From Octopus sinensis (taxonomy: Eukaryota), in contig NC_042997.1 in assembly GCF_006345805.1 (NCBI RefSeq), positions 196,788,001 through 196,852,000 of the forward strand: a stretch of 64,000 bases of DNA. The letters are read 5' to 3'. The notes below the pieces were generated by a model. It worked only from the letters and a program-made list of their open reading frames with translations. It made no database searches and was not told the origin of the DNA. Within the stretch, counting starts at the first letter, position 1. Each line of letters begins with the position of its first letter. Shown here piece after piece: positions 38,344 to 51,781 of this stretch. A program made the position numbers and the translations under genes.

Positions 38344-38679
38344 TAAAGACCCCCTTCGGTCATGAATGACCATGGGATTGCACCTAGAAAGTTACCCTCC
38401 TAGACACAAGTCCGGGCAAGGTTGTTTATGGAAGGCCAGCAGTCGCCCATGCATACCGGCCTCCCCTCTCACGTCACCGATGTTGTCCAAGGGAAAGGCA
38501 AGGGCCGATACAGCTTGGCACCTGTGACGTCGCAACTCATTTCTACAGCTGAGTGAACTGGAGCAACGTGAAATAAAGTGTCTTGCTCAAGAACACAACA
38601 CGCAGCCCGGTCCGGGATTCGAGCTCACAACCTCACGATCGTAAGCTCGACGCTCTAACCACTGAGCCATGCGCCTTCA
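38344..38679 (-). mobile_element. SINE family D (tRNA-derived, CORE-like central block), full-length
   Basis: Reverse complement of tgaaggcgcatggctcagtggttagagc...gtgttcttgagcaagacactttatttcacgttgctccagttcactcagctgtagaaatgag...; matches 63737-64000. Confidence 0.92.
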
Positions 38680-39119
38680 GAAAGTTGTTTATTTTAAAAA
38701 ATTCACTACGAATTGCCCGAAGCTGACTCTCTTCTCTTAAGATTCCTGGATCTTACGTTTATAGCTATTTATGTAGGGCGGGGGCAAAATTCCCGAGATC
38801 CATGGACGCGTTGTCGCCAGCAATCTTTGTCCTCTATCATCACTGCCATGTGTATACATATAATTCTCATAGACTTAATAAACTTTCACTTGAAAGAGTC
38901 ATCAGTGACTTCGAACCTTCAACTTATCCGCCTTTGTCACCTCATCAGAGAACTTGACAAAGACGAGAAAGCCGAAAGTGCGAAGTTATTGTCAAAGTTT
39001 CCGTTGTAAATGTATAATAAACACGTAATGCACTCGAGACCATTGAGTAATCCTTCAGTTGAATGCGAAATCGCTTTTATATATATATAAACTTAACATA
39101 AAAGCAAATATCAGAACAG

Positions 39120-39835
39120 ATTATACTCACACACACACATATACATGTACATCCAGACATATTCATACATAAATACATACATACATACATACATACATGT
39201 ATATATATATACACAAACATATACATATAAATACAACACATATACATATATATATACACACACATACCTATATTTATATATATATACACATACATATATA
39301 TATATATATATATACACATATGCATTTTCATATATTATATACATTTTCATATATATATATATATATATACACATATGCATTTTCATATATATATATACAT
39401 ATACACATATGCATTTTCATATATATATATACATATACACATATGCATTTTCATATATATATATACATTTTCATATATAATATATATATATATATACAAC
39501 ACATATACATATATACACACACATATACATATATATATCTACATATGCATTTTTATATATACAAATATATATATATATATATATCCTACATATATATTAT
39601 TTATATACAAACAAGAAATATATATATACACACACACACATATATATATATATGTATACACACATATACATATATATGTATATATTTTTCTATTTAATCA
39701 AATGTCATATGTTCTCTTACCGGAGGCGACGATATATATGTCTGACGGTCTTGAATTAACTAAGTTGTCATCTGCATTGATCGGAGGAATTCCTACGGCA
39801 TCTTCTTTCACACGAGAACTCTAGATTGGAGAAAT

Positions 39836-39879
<44 letters not shown>

Positions 39880-39930
39880 ATACATATATATATATAATAT
39901 AATATATTATATACTATATATATATATATC

Positions 39931-39980
<50 letters not shown>
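39120..39980. repeat. Compound TA/CA microsatellite with an embedded repeated motif acacatatgcattttcatatata
   Basis: Motif repeated about 5 times at 39315-39560. Confidence 0.9.
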
Positions 39981-39982
<2 letters not shown>

Positions 39983-40429
39983 TATGTTGTTAGAGCCTCC
40001 AACGTCTTAAAGTAAACAAGGTACAATCTATCGTCTGACCGTTTCGATTTATAAAAACGTCATATCAATGTGGTGTTGGTGATGCAGGTGTTGTTTAACC
40101 CCTGGTCATACTCGATCACTCACACCAATGAGCAAAGATTTCCTTCCACCTGTGATCATTCTGTTTGTTTTTGTTTATAGCCGTAGATGTGTGGATATGA
40201 AATTTGCTTTTGAATCATGTGGTCTTGAGTTCAGTCTCACTGCGCGGCATCTTGGGCAAATGTCTTCCTTTATAGTCCCGGTCAGACTAAAGCATCATCT
40301 GTGATAGACAGAAACTGAAAGAAGCCCGTCGCATGTCAATGTATATATTCACACAAACACACGTATTTAACACACATACACACACATCTATATGTATGTG
40401 TATGTAGTATGTAAATGTGTGTGTGTGTA

Positions 40430-40503
<74 letters not shown>

Positions 40504-40506
40504 AAA

Positions 40507-41769
40507 CAGGGGTTGGACAAAATAATGGAACACTTAGCATCATAGCATTCATAATTCTGAAGTAACTATAAAACCGCCAAATTCTTGTTTATTTGAATTT
40601 TTAATTATTTTTATTAGTGTTGCTGAATATGTTTTGCTAAAATCGCTGTTTCACTTTCAGATATCATGAGAAAAATGTAATTAAAATTCATTAAAGTGAC
40701 AGAGCCATCGGATTTTCGAAGAGGTCAAATTGTTGGTACTCGTATGGCCGGCGCTAGCGTAACGAAAACAGCCGAAATGTTTGGTGTATCAAGAAGTACT
40801 GTCTCGAAAGTAATGACAGCCTTTGAGAAAACGGAAAAAACGTCCTCGTCGAAACAAAACTCTGGAAGAAAACCCAAACCTTCAGATAGGGACTCTTATG
40901 CGAATTGTTAAAAAGGATCACAAAAATACAGCTTCCAAAATTACTGCAGAGCTTACTGATCACCTCGAGAACCCAGTTTCCACAAAAACCGCTCGCCGGG
41001 AACTGCACAAAGCCGGATTTAACGGGAGGGCTCCAATCACAAAACCACTACTTTCAAAAGCAAACGTTCCAAAGCGTTTGGAGTGGAGTAAAAACCTATA
41101 GAATTGGTCCCTAGAGCAGTGGAAGAATGTTATATTCTCGATCGAGTTATCCTTTACCTTATTTCAGACAACCAGTCGAGTATACGAGTAGAGACAGCCA
41201 AAAGAAGCATTTGACCCAGACTGCCTTCTTCCAACTGTTGTACATGAAGGAGGATCTGAGATGATCTGGGGCAGGGTCTATATTTTGAAAATCCACTAAC
41301 CCAAAGGTTTCCCTTCATGGCAGAATTACTAGTCAATATTATTTATGCCTTTTATCTTATCAAATTCATCCTATGGTTGCACAATTGCTTCCGGAGGGAA
41401 ACGCAATCTTTCAGGATGATAATGCACCAATTCACACAGCCAAAGTTGTCACTGAACAGCATGAGGAACATTCTAGCGAAGTTGAACATTTTATCTGGCC
41501 ACCACAGTCCCCAAATCTCAATATTATTGAACATTTGTGGTGCATTTTAGAAAAACAAGTAAGGAGTCGATATCCTCCACCATCATCACTACAAGAACTG
41601 GAGACTGTTTTAGCTGAAGAATGGACATTCTTTGGAAACAATTTAAACTTTGTTCGAGTCCCCACCTTGTAGAATTCAGCCGTAATTAATGCCGAAGGCG
41701 GTCGTACCCCATATTAAAACAAATTTGTTTGAAATTTTAAGGTGCTTCCATTATTTTGTCCAATCCCTG
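40507..41769 (+). mobile_element. Tc1-like DNA transposon, full-length (1263 bp), DD36E spacing, inactivated
   Basis: TIRs caggggttggacaaaataatggaacac / gtgcttccattattttgtccaatccctg; TA on the right side, AA on the left. Confidence 0.95.
40696..41717 (+). pseudogene. Tc1/mariner transposase pseudogene
   Basis: SDFRRGQIVG...FGVSRSTVSKV (HTH), SGRKP, KPLLSK, FQDDNAPIH, WPPQSPNLNIIEHLW, GGRTPY*; split by frameshifts, first catalytic D altered. Confidence 0.95.
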
Positions 41770-41939
41770 TATATATTTCTGTACCGATAATTACCAGTGA
41801 GGTTAATTACCAATACCGTCTGTCAAGCGATGGTGAGTGACAAACCCAAAACACACAATGAGACACGCACACACCTCACACAACATGTGGTTGGAGAGAA
41901 GCTGCTTACCACATACCCACGCCAATATATATATATATA

Positions 41940-41979
<40 letters not shown>

Positions 41980-42217
41980 AGAGATATAAATACAATTTAA
42001 AATAATATTACTATCCAAGAACAAGAATGATAATGGTTTCTCCAGCATGTACAATTTTGTATCTCCTATTAGCAAACTAAACATGTGTGATGGTGAATAA
42101 ATATTGGCAATTTTTTTCAGTCTCCTGTTGATATCTATCTAAGAAGTTGCTACGTCGTATTGATAACTTATTGGTAGCTGCTTCTAGGTAAAGACGTACT
42201 TCGTGTACATTCACTTC

Positions 42218-42248
<31 letters not shown>

Positions 42249-42299
42249 TATATATATATATATATATAATCATTCCAAAATGTAACCACATGTGAATTG

Positions 42300-42470
42300 T
42301 TAGCGATTCCTACCTCCGTCTTCCTTTCTATTGGACTTTCCTCTGTTTCTGAAGAAGAGCGTTGCTCGAAACGTTGAAACATTTTTCTTTCATTTCCTTC
42401 ACATGCACCGCGTCCTCGCTTTGTAGAATTTTCTGTGTTTGTTGTTCTTGTTTTGGATTTGTATATATAT
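42300..42470 (+). repeat. PLE pseudo-LTR-like repeat with minimal hammerhead-like core
   Basis: tgttt CTGAAGA A GAGC gtt GCTC GAAAC GTT g aaaca; abuts (TA)n. Confidence 0.55.
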
Positions 42471-42668
42471 TTCTATATGCATATATTCATATACATTTAA
42501 ATGCATATTAAATGTGAACTACTATACGTTTCATTCTCTGAATATACCATACGTTTTGAAGTATGTATTATATACATTCCACTCTAAATTATGATTGTAA
42601 ATCATATTATAATTTAGTTAATTTCTTTAAAGCTTCTACTGTACATGCCCAACGTTATTGATGGAATT

Positions 42669-42669
<1 letters not shown>

Positions 42670-42702
<33 letters not shown>

Positions 42703-42827
42703 CACTATATATATATTATACCATATATATATATATACACATATATATATATTACACATATTATATATACACATATATATATATATATATATAATATAAT
42801 ATATAGATAACACTATATTATATACAC

Positions 42828-42858
<31 letters not shown>

Positions 42859-42946
42859 TATATATAAACACACACATATATATATATAAACATATATATA
42901 TATATATATATTACCACTACCACAACACACCACATATATTATAAAC

Positions 42947-42978
<32 letters not shown>

Positions 42979-43044
42979 CCCCACACATATATATAGATAT
43001 ATATATACACATATACACCACACACACACAATATATATATATAA

Positions 43045-43075
<31 letters not shown>

Positions 43076-43117
43076 TATATATTATATATATATACACACT
43101 ATACACACCACACACCA

Positions 43118-43210
<93 letters not shown>
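42670..43210. repeat. Compound TA/CA microsatellite
   Basis: Direct inspection. Confidence 0.95.
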
Positions 43211-43270
43211 CCCGTTTCGTTATTTGGTATGACGCATTACTATTCTTAATTCTAATCACCGAACTCATGT

Positions 43271-43370
43271 NNNNNNNNNNNNNNNNNNNNNNNNNNNNNN
43301 NNNNNNNNNNNNNNNNNNNNNNNNNNNNNNNNNNNNNNNNNNNNNNNNNNNNNNNNNNNNNNNNNNNNNN
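43271..43370. other. Assembly gap (100 N)
   Basis: Run of n. Confidence 1.
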
Positions 43371-43685
43371 GAGTTGAAAGCGCGACAATGGTAAAAGAGA
43401 GATAGGAATATTAAAATAAACGATAGAGAGAGAGGGAGGGAGAGAGAGAGAGGGGAGGAGGAGAAAGGAAAAGGTAAAGAGAAACATTCCAATGGAAATC
43501 ACCAGTTCTTACTAATATTCAATTATCGTTAATAGAGTCTCAAGCTACTTGATAAACATTTGTCAATTCAGATGCAGAAAATCGATGTTCACTACTTGCT
43601 ATCAACGTGTTAGAGACCCGGTTCACTGCTTCATTTTAATTAATTAGATCGGAAGATATTTTTTGTTATTAGCGTTGAAACCAAT

Positions 43686-43716
<31 letters not shown>

Positions 43717-44771
43717 CATACCGAAAGGCTATTATTACATATTAGACTTTGATAATATAATAGAAGATAAAACATGGGGGGGGGGGGCTATTGTAACTAT
43801 GAGAGAATTAGTCATAAATATAAATCGAAACGATTATAAAAAGAGTTTTAAGCAAACTTCTTTATCGAAAGAGATGAGCAAGTAAATATTTTAAATGGTT
43901 TCGGTTCTGAGACGAAATCATTTTACTTTTAGGATCAATGAATTTTTCAGAAGGAAGGAAAAACTTTTCTTGTTAACTTAGCGTTTTACAAATATAGTGT
44001 ATTAAATATTTATATAACCCGCACCTTTACATACATGCATATGCACACAGATACAAATATACAAGTTTTATTTTTATAATTCTGATGCACGCTCTATACG
44101 ATCTTTTTACTCTTTCGTTTTTCTCTCTCTAATTCTTTTACCTCCTCTTCCCCCACTATTCTATCCTATTACTCTGCCACTTTCTCTCCCTCACTCCTCC
44201 TTCCTTGCTCACGTAGCTCACACGTAACCATCGGCCTACTTTCTCTCTGTTTGTAGCTGGATCAAGGAGACGTGTTCTTGTTTGTCTTCTGACCTAGTTT
44301 GATTTACGCGTTCGCCACCACAGTCTCGTTTAGGCTTAGCCGCCCTTCCTGTTCGTTTTCACTATCCTGTTTGTGTTACCTATTTTGACCCTCCGCAAAA
44401 TCCCAAATTTTATTTAATTTGCTTTACAGGAGCAACTGTTTTATCGAAAGCGTATATTGTTGTTAAATGCTCGAAATAGGAGACTAGAGAAACAGCCAAC
44501 AGCTCATAAAGGGTCGTTATTTATGTTGTTCTGTTTTCCATTTGTGTCTTACGTTGTTAGAAAGAATAGTTCATGTTCCAAGTACTCGTGCCTCATATTT
44601 TTTTGCTGTAAACGTTTCATGACGTCCTGTGCCCCCTCCCACATATATATATATATATATTATATATATATATATATATATATGTATACATACATACACG
44701 TATATATGAAAAAATATACATGTGTATGCGTGTATTTGATTCCATAATCGATCTAATACGGGTCGAGTTGA

Positions 44772-44974
44772 ATGAGGATGTGCTGAAAAGTTCCTGGCTT
44801 TGGGTAAAAGAAAATATAGGAGGATCAGTTAATTATGATTTTATTCAATGTATTCCCCTCTCATTGCAGCGGGCCTTCAGTTTTCCTAAGCCCTGAAAAG
44901 AACTCATTAGGCTGGTCCTCCAAACAAGTCCTTCGCAATACCCTGAAAGCCAGTAACTTTTCAGCACCCTCTAT
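44772..44974. mobile_element. Mariner-type MITE, about 200 bp
   Basis: TIRs gaggatgtgctgaaaagttcctggcttt / aaagccagtaacttttcagcaccctc. Confidence 0.8.
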
Positions 44975-45250
44975 ATTGTACCATTTAGTTATATAAAAAA
45001 TGCTTATACAATAGAAACATGCGTTGGCCTTTGCACGGTGTAATCCTTTATTCATGTCTTTATTATATAATCTAAAAGTTTTGGAAAGTTTCTTAGCGAA
45101 CTTTAAATTTATCACATTGGAAGTCCTACCGCAGATATAAATTCTATTTCGATTTAATGTTCTCAGATTGTTCAGTAGTTCCCCAACTGGGCATAGCCAC
45201 TCAGTGAAATATCTGTATAGATTTATAAGTCTCTATTGCCTGGATGGATG

Positions 45251-45317
<67 letters not shown>

Positions 45318-45409
45318 ATATATATATATATACACACACACACATACTCATATATTTTATAGTTCGTATATCTATCTGTCTATCTTTCTCACACACACAT
45401 ATATATATT

Positions 45410-45560
45410 AGTTGGAATTTACAAAAAATCAAAACACGAAGACAGGTATATAAACAACAAACAGGTGTATTAGTTTAACGCTCAGGAAGGTGAGAAATTA
45501 TTTTACGTTTCGTGCCTATGCTCTTCAACAGAAAAGAATACGAGAAAATAACCAGAGAGA
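45410..45560 (-). repeat. PLE pseudo-LTR-like repeat with hammerhead-like core variant CTGTTGA
   Basis: ttttCTGTTGA A GAGC atag GCAC GAAAC GTA aaa; same family as 62905-63065. Confidence 0.65.
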
Positions 45561-45831
45561 GAATAAACACACACACATAAAACACTACATTTTCCTGTTG
45601 CTCTGCGATCACTTCGACACCTGACGCGTGGCACGCAGTGCACCTGTTCAGACAACGTCGATTTGGTGGAAGGAGTGAGCTAATGTGTGGCACGAAGGAG
45701 CAAAGTTTGTACAGGTCGTTCGGCACAAGCTGAGCAGACACACGCCGTCTTTTACGGGAGAGTCCATCACATACATACACATACCCCCACACACAAACAC
45801 TCACGAGGGTGGCGCTCAAACGTTCCTAGCA

Positions 45832-46008
45832 TAGACGAGGATTAGTTAATTATGATTTTTATTAAACATATTTCCCTCTCAGATTCACAGTTGTCGCAGC
45901 CTTCATTCAGTTTTCCTAATACCTGTAAAAGAACTCGGAAGGGCGGTCCTCCAGTTAGGCTTTTCGTAAGACCCTTAAAGCTAGGAACTTTTTCAGCATT
46001 CCCTCGTA
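45832..46008. mobile_element. Partial copy of the same mariner-type MITE
   Basis: gttaattatgatttt...cagttttcctaa...aaagctaggaactttttcagcattccctcgta. Confidence 0.7.
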
Positions 46009-46304
46009 TACATATTCACCTACACTCATATATGATAATACTGGATCTATAGGTTGCCCCAAAATAAAGCCCAGCGTACCATGTCTCATGCAGTCCCAAA
46101 GCAAGAATTGAAATCGCGGCGACTGATCTCCGTACTTATATTCTATAAAGAAACGCTGCGTGTATATATATATATATAATTATATAGATTATGAACTTGA
46201 AATGTATAAAAATATTTCCTTGTAAAGTGTAGCATTGAAAACATTTATGATGCTAATGAAAAAAAAAATATATGTGTGTGTGCGTATCATATACACTTAC
46301 ACAA

Positions 46305-46380
<76 letters not shown>

Positions 46381-46734
46381 CACACACACACATGGTACAG
46401 TTAAAAACACCTGGTGAGCCCCGTGAATCATCCATTATAGTAAAGTTTCTCAGTCACATTATACAAGTTGTTGGCGTTTGATTTCCTCGGTTGACCAATT
46501 TAACTTATTTCCGGCCTGGTGGAAACGGTCATTTTAAAACTAAATTTCTTGTAGCGAATAGGTCACGAACTGCCAGAATCTCAGCTGGACATCCGCTATA
46601 CTAGAATTTGGGCCATCAGCGCTGTCCGTCTGATAGGCTTTTGTCTCGCAAATATAACATTCCGTGTAACCTATACGTCAATATATAAAGAAATACATAT
46701 ATTATTGTATGCATATATGTATGTAGCTATATAT

Positions 46735-46860
46735 GAACAGAGACAGACAGACAGATACAGACAGACACAGACAAACAGACAGACACAGACAGAGAGAGAC
46801 ACAGACAGACATAAACAGAAAGAGAGACAGACAGATATAGACAGACAGATAGATAGCGAG
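46735..46860. repeat. (GACA)n microsatellite
   Basis: Direct inspection. Confidence 0.9.
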
Positions 46861-46896
46861 GGAGATAATGAGAGAAAGTTAATGTATGCATACATC

Positions 46897-47106
46897 TCTT
46901 TACTCTTTACTTGTTTCAGTTATTTGACTGCGGCCATGCTGGAGCACCGCCTTTAATCGAGCAACTCGACCCCGGGACTTATTCTTTTGTAAGCCCAGTA
47001 CTTATTCTATCGGTCTCTTTTGTCGAACCGCTAAGTAACGGGGACATGAACACACCAGCATCGGTTGTCAAGCAATGCTAGGGGGACAAACACAGAAACA
47101 CAAACA

Positions 47107-47140
<34 letters not shown>

Positions 47141-47311
47141 TACATATGACGGGCTTCTTTCAGTTTCCGTCTATCAAATCCACTCACAAGGCTTTGGTGG
47201 GCCCGAGACTATAGCAGAAGACACTTGCCCAAGGTGCCACGCAGTGGGACTGAACCCGGAACCATGTGGTTGGTTAGCAAGCTACTTACCACACACCACT
47301 CCTGCGCCTAT
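46897..47311 (-). mobile_element. SINE family A, full-length
   Basis: tctttactctttacttgtttcag...gactgcggccatgctggagcaccgcc ... ccactcctgcgccta. Confidence 0.95.
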
Positions 47312-47679
47312 AGCCATATATTTTAAATCGTAGTTGTTATGCGTATTCTATATATATATATCTTTTATCCTTTACTTCTTTCAGGGATCAGGATGCGGTC
47401 ATACTGGAGCACCACCTTGAAAAAATTTCGTAGAAAGAATCAACCCCAGTACGTATTTAATTTTAAAGACTGAAAATTATCCCGTTCGTCGTCGTTTGCC
47501 AAACCGCTAGGTCAAAGCGATGTAAACACTAAAACCGGTTGTTGAGCGGAGAGAAACATAGGTATACACACACACAAAGCTTTGACCGGCCCGAGTGCTG
47601 TAGTAGAAGTCACGTGACCAAAGTGCCACGTAGTAGAACTGAATCCGGGACCATGTAGATATATTAGACAGACAGACCC

Positions 47680-48302
47680 CCTTCTACGTTTCTCCATCTC
47701 TCTCACCTCCAGCCCCCTCGATCTGTCTCTTTCTTCTCCTCCCTCGTCCACCTTCTCTCTCTTTTCATCTGTCCCTTTCTCCTGTCTTTTGTTCTCACGT
47801 GACAGCTAGCCGCTGTTGAGCGCTCTTTTCGTTTTCGGCAGCCGCAGAAGCAACACGTATTTGTTCGTCTCCCCGTGGCCTTTAGGCACAACTTCACAAG
47901 CCAGCCCCATACTCAACTCGTCCTGTCGAAAGACCCTTGTCCTACGTCCTGGTTTTGTTTTGTTGTTTATTTTTTATTTTTACCGTTATTGTTTTTACGT
48001 TTTTGTATTCTTATTGGTGTCACGTATTCTGTATTTTTGTTTGTGTACTTCGTTCGTTTTCCGTCCTTTCGTTGTATACATTCGAAGCTTTCTTCCAGGG
48101 GATCTAATGCGCTTGGCTTAGATTTCCCTTGGCGGGCTGGCCATATCGGAGCAATCTCAAGATTAATCAGCCGAAATTGCTAAGATGATCTGGTTCTTGA
48201 CTGATGACTGAGGGCTTCGAATGTCCCGTCCTGTGGTTCTTGTGTCGTCTCTGTGGTGTTTCATGTTCTTGTCCATGTCTGTAATTATTTTTACTGTTTA
48301 CC

Positions 48303-48333
<31 letters not shown>

Positions 48334-48600
48334 TACATAAAAAATGGACAAGAAAGCAAAACATCCGGACAACTAGGTGATACAAAAAGGGACAACAAAA
48401 CATCCAGATAGACGATACAAAGAAAACAAGGACGGGTCATTCGAAGCTATCTATCCTCAGTCAAGAACCATATCATCCTCGCAATTTCGGCTGATTAATC
48501 TTGAGATTGCTCCATTATGGCCGGCCCCAAGGAAAAACTAAGCTAAGAGCATTAGATTCCTTGGAAGAAAGCATCGAATGTATACGAAAACAAGGACGAA
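47680..48600. repeat. Two diverged copies of one repeat family in inverted orientation around (TA)n
   Basis: 48061-48279 is colinear with the reverse complement of 48341-48600, e.g. ggagcaatctcaagattaatcagccgaaattgc is identical. Confidence 0.85.
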
Positions 48601-48761
48601 AGATAGACAATGTTACACACACATATATACATATATATATATATACATAGATACGTACATATATATATATATGTATATACAGATACATGCATCTATCTAT
48701 ATATTATATATATATACATAGATATGTACATAGATATATGGCATATACAGATACATGCATC

Positions 48762-48800
<39 letters not shown>

Positions 48801-49342
48801 GATATGTACATAGATATATGCATATACAGATACATGCATCTATATATATATATATACATACATGTGTGTGTGTTTATCAGTCAGCTGTAATTTTATAAGA
48901 ACCTTCCATAAACACATCGGCAATAAAACAAAGATAAGAGTAAAATCGATCTCCAGCTCTACATATAGTACATAATGATTGTGGTATATCGATTTATCTC
49001 ATTTACTTCTAAAATAGTTTGATTTCTATTTTCGTTGCGATTATTTGCAGAAAAGAGCAAAATATTAATGCGTTGAGTCGGATGAAGTAATTCTTAATTA
49101 ATTTTGGGAATATATCTTTAGATTTGTGTTGAAAAATATTTCGAGCTAAAGAAGAGAATATATGTTTGGAAATTAAAATACGAACAGCCTCTTTTTCCAG
49201 TAATTCATTTATCGCTGATCCGTGATGACACGGTGCGCTCAAATACAAACACGTCACGTTTATCACGGATTGTTCTGTAATAACACGGGTCATTTGATCA
49301 ACCTAGAGAGATTCTTAGTGTGTTGTACCCAGCAACACTCAC

Positions 49343-49450
49343 AAAGCATTGGCTCAGGAACAGATTGTGTAGGAAGAGCAAGCGCACCCTCTAAAGCTTT
49401 CGGGAGTACAAAATGAAAATTTGTTACGTTGTAAAATGAAGCACCACCAT
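49343..49450 (-). CDS. Candidate 108-nt phase 1-1 exon (GGASFYNVTNFHFVLPKALEGALALPTQSVPEPML)
   Basis: tgtcag| ... CTTT|gtgagt, single open frame; acceptor tract weak. Confidence 0.25.
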
Positions 49451-50997
49451 CTGACATTGAGTGCACTAATATATGTACATAAAAATTTGTGCATTTAAAA
49501 CGCTCTGAACCTACTGAAAATCTTCGGCAAACGAACGATCGTAGAAATATTTTTGGATTTATTTGAAATATTTTTTTCATTATTAGATATATCTGATTAT
49601 GTTGATGTACACATATAATAATAATAATCATTATTATTATTATTATTGCACAAGTGTTTGTGTTGATACCAAGATTGAAAAAAAATCGACCTTGTTTGTA
49701 TAAAATTTAGAACCTGGCTTTGTACTCCATATGCAAATTTCGCTCCCGGTCATATGCCGCAATGCTCAGATCTCCGCTATTGCATGCACTGACTATCGCT
49801 TCAGTGTACATCACTGATACGAGGCTGCAATTTTTGATACTGATTTGCGCACTCTTACCTATCATTATGGAAACTATACATAAAGGCACTTGAATAGGTG
49901 CCGTACAGAAATTACTTATGTCGATCTTTGAATTGAAATCTTATCCAGGTGAACTTACGGTATTGTTTTGTTTATGAACCCTAATATAGCGGTTCAACAA
50001 AAGTGACTGATATAATATAAGTACTTGGCTTTAAAATAGATACTGGGGGTCGATGTATTCGATTAAGTCCCTCAGGGCAATTCCCAAGTATGGCCGGAGT
50101 TCAATAAATGAAGTAATTATAAGTTAAAAGACGAAAAATACAAATTGTAGAAATTGGAACGTATATATAGTAATGTCTCGATATACGAGTTAATTCGTTC
50201 CCAGAAAATAACTCGTAAAGCAATAACTATAAAAACTCATAAACCCGGGGTTTCCTAAAGCGTTTCTTCGTACATTGAAGTATTACCGTATTTTAATATC
50301 GTGCTTGTATTATATTGCTTCAAAGAGCGATGCTTTTCATATGCTTAAGGGCTGCCAGCAAGCGCTTCGACAAAGTGATTTGGTGAAATATGTATAAAAC
50401 AGAAATATTAACTGTGATCAATATATTTGATGGAGTTACCTCAGCAGGACCATATTTGAATAAACGAAACGATTAAAGGAATAGTTGAATAAAAGTTGCA
50501 GGCGGTTTTTGACAGGAAGTTTAAGTCAATGATTCAATGGAAAACGCCATTAGTTTACAGCTCTATACATTAATTATCTTATTTCGTGTGGGTGACAGCG
50601 CAATGAGTTTTAGGATGTCTATTCATGTACATATTAACTCACCCACGCAAATGTGGATAAGGAAATACCGCACTCGTATTCCCATACATATATTTGGGCT
50701 CTCCTCTATACATAGCCGGAGCCGTAAATACAGTAGCATGCACCAGGGGCAGAATAGAAAAGATAAATTACGAAGCACACACATGCTCTTACATTCAAAC
50801 TGACGGTTCTGTTAGACCGCATTACACATCTGGTCCAAGGATCGGCAATTTGAAATTCGAATAACCAGATGGGAGATGGCAGCTTTCAGGATTATAAAAA
50901 AAAAATACACTTTGCATTTGGTATTGAGAGAGCTTTCGCTTTCATTGGCTGTAATTATTCGAATATACAAAAACACGTCTAGAATCATGTATGTTTG

Positions 50998-51028
<31 letters not shown>

Positions 51029-51737
51029 ACGGCCATTAAATATTTTTATATATATATATTTAACCGTCGTTAAATATATATATATTTTTAACGGTGGTGC
51101 ATCAGTATGGCCGCAGCTCTGAGCTGAAACTAGGGAGAAAAAAAAATATAATCATTCAAATATGGCGGTTATGTGTTGAATATCTGCATCTAATAATACT
51201 AAAACGATGTAAAAGTTGAAGTCAGTGTTCTGAATTAAATCTAATTTGATACAGTATTACGTTTTACAATTAACTCCGGACAGAATCATAAAACAAAAGA
51301 AGGAAGAAATTCCAAGCCAAAGTAATATAATTACAAATCCATCAAGGAATAGATAAATGAAAGACCTATAAATACATAATCTGGATAGAACGATGTAAAA
51401 CAAACATGGCTAACTGAAATCAAAGTACTAGAAGCTGCGAAAGATGTCAAATTGTCCGTCTAATTGATCATTCCGATGCTATATTTTGACAGTTTAATTC
51501 AAACATGAATAACATTAAAAGCAGTTCGGTAACATTGCATAATGGAATAGCACATGATATGATTTATGTTTCGCCAGACACAAGATAATCTCTCTTGCTC
51601 ATACCGAGCAGCAGAAGTCAGTGGCTGTCTTTTGACAGCTGAAATGTCACAAAGTCCTGGAATATTGATTTGTTTTATAGCAAAAATAGTTCACTTCCTA
51701 ATTTAGTAGCGGCTATTAGAATGAATGAATGATATAT

Positions 51738-51781
<44 letters not shown>

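Noticed and set aside
38860-38960. Minus-strand CTGATGAG-GTGAC...GTCAC hairpin suggesting a hammerhead
   Set aside because: GATG follows stem II instead of GAAA, and there is no stem III or stem I in register.
49215-49270. GTGATGA (box C-like) inside a 9-bp inverted repeat, possible C/D snoRNA or pre-miRNA
   Set aside because: No CTGA box D at suitable distance, and the hairpin pairing is too interrupted.
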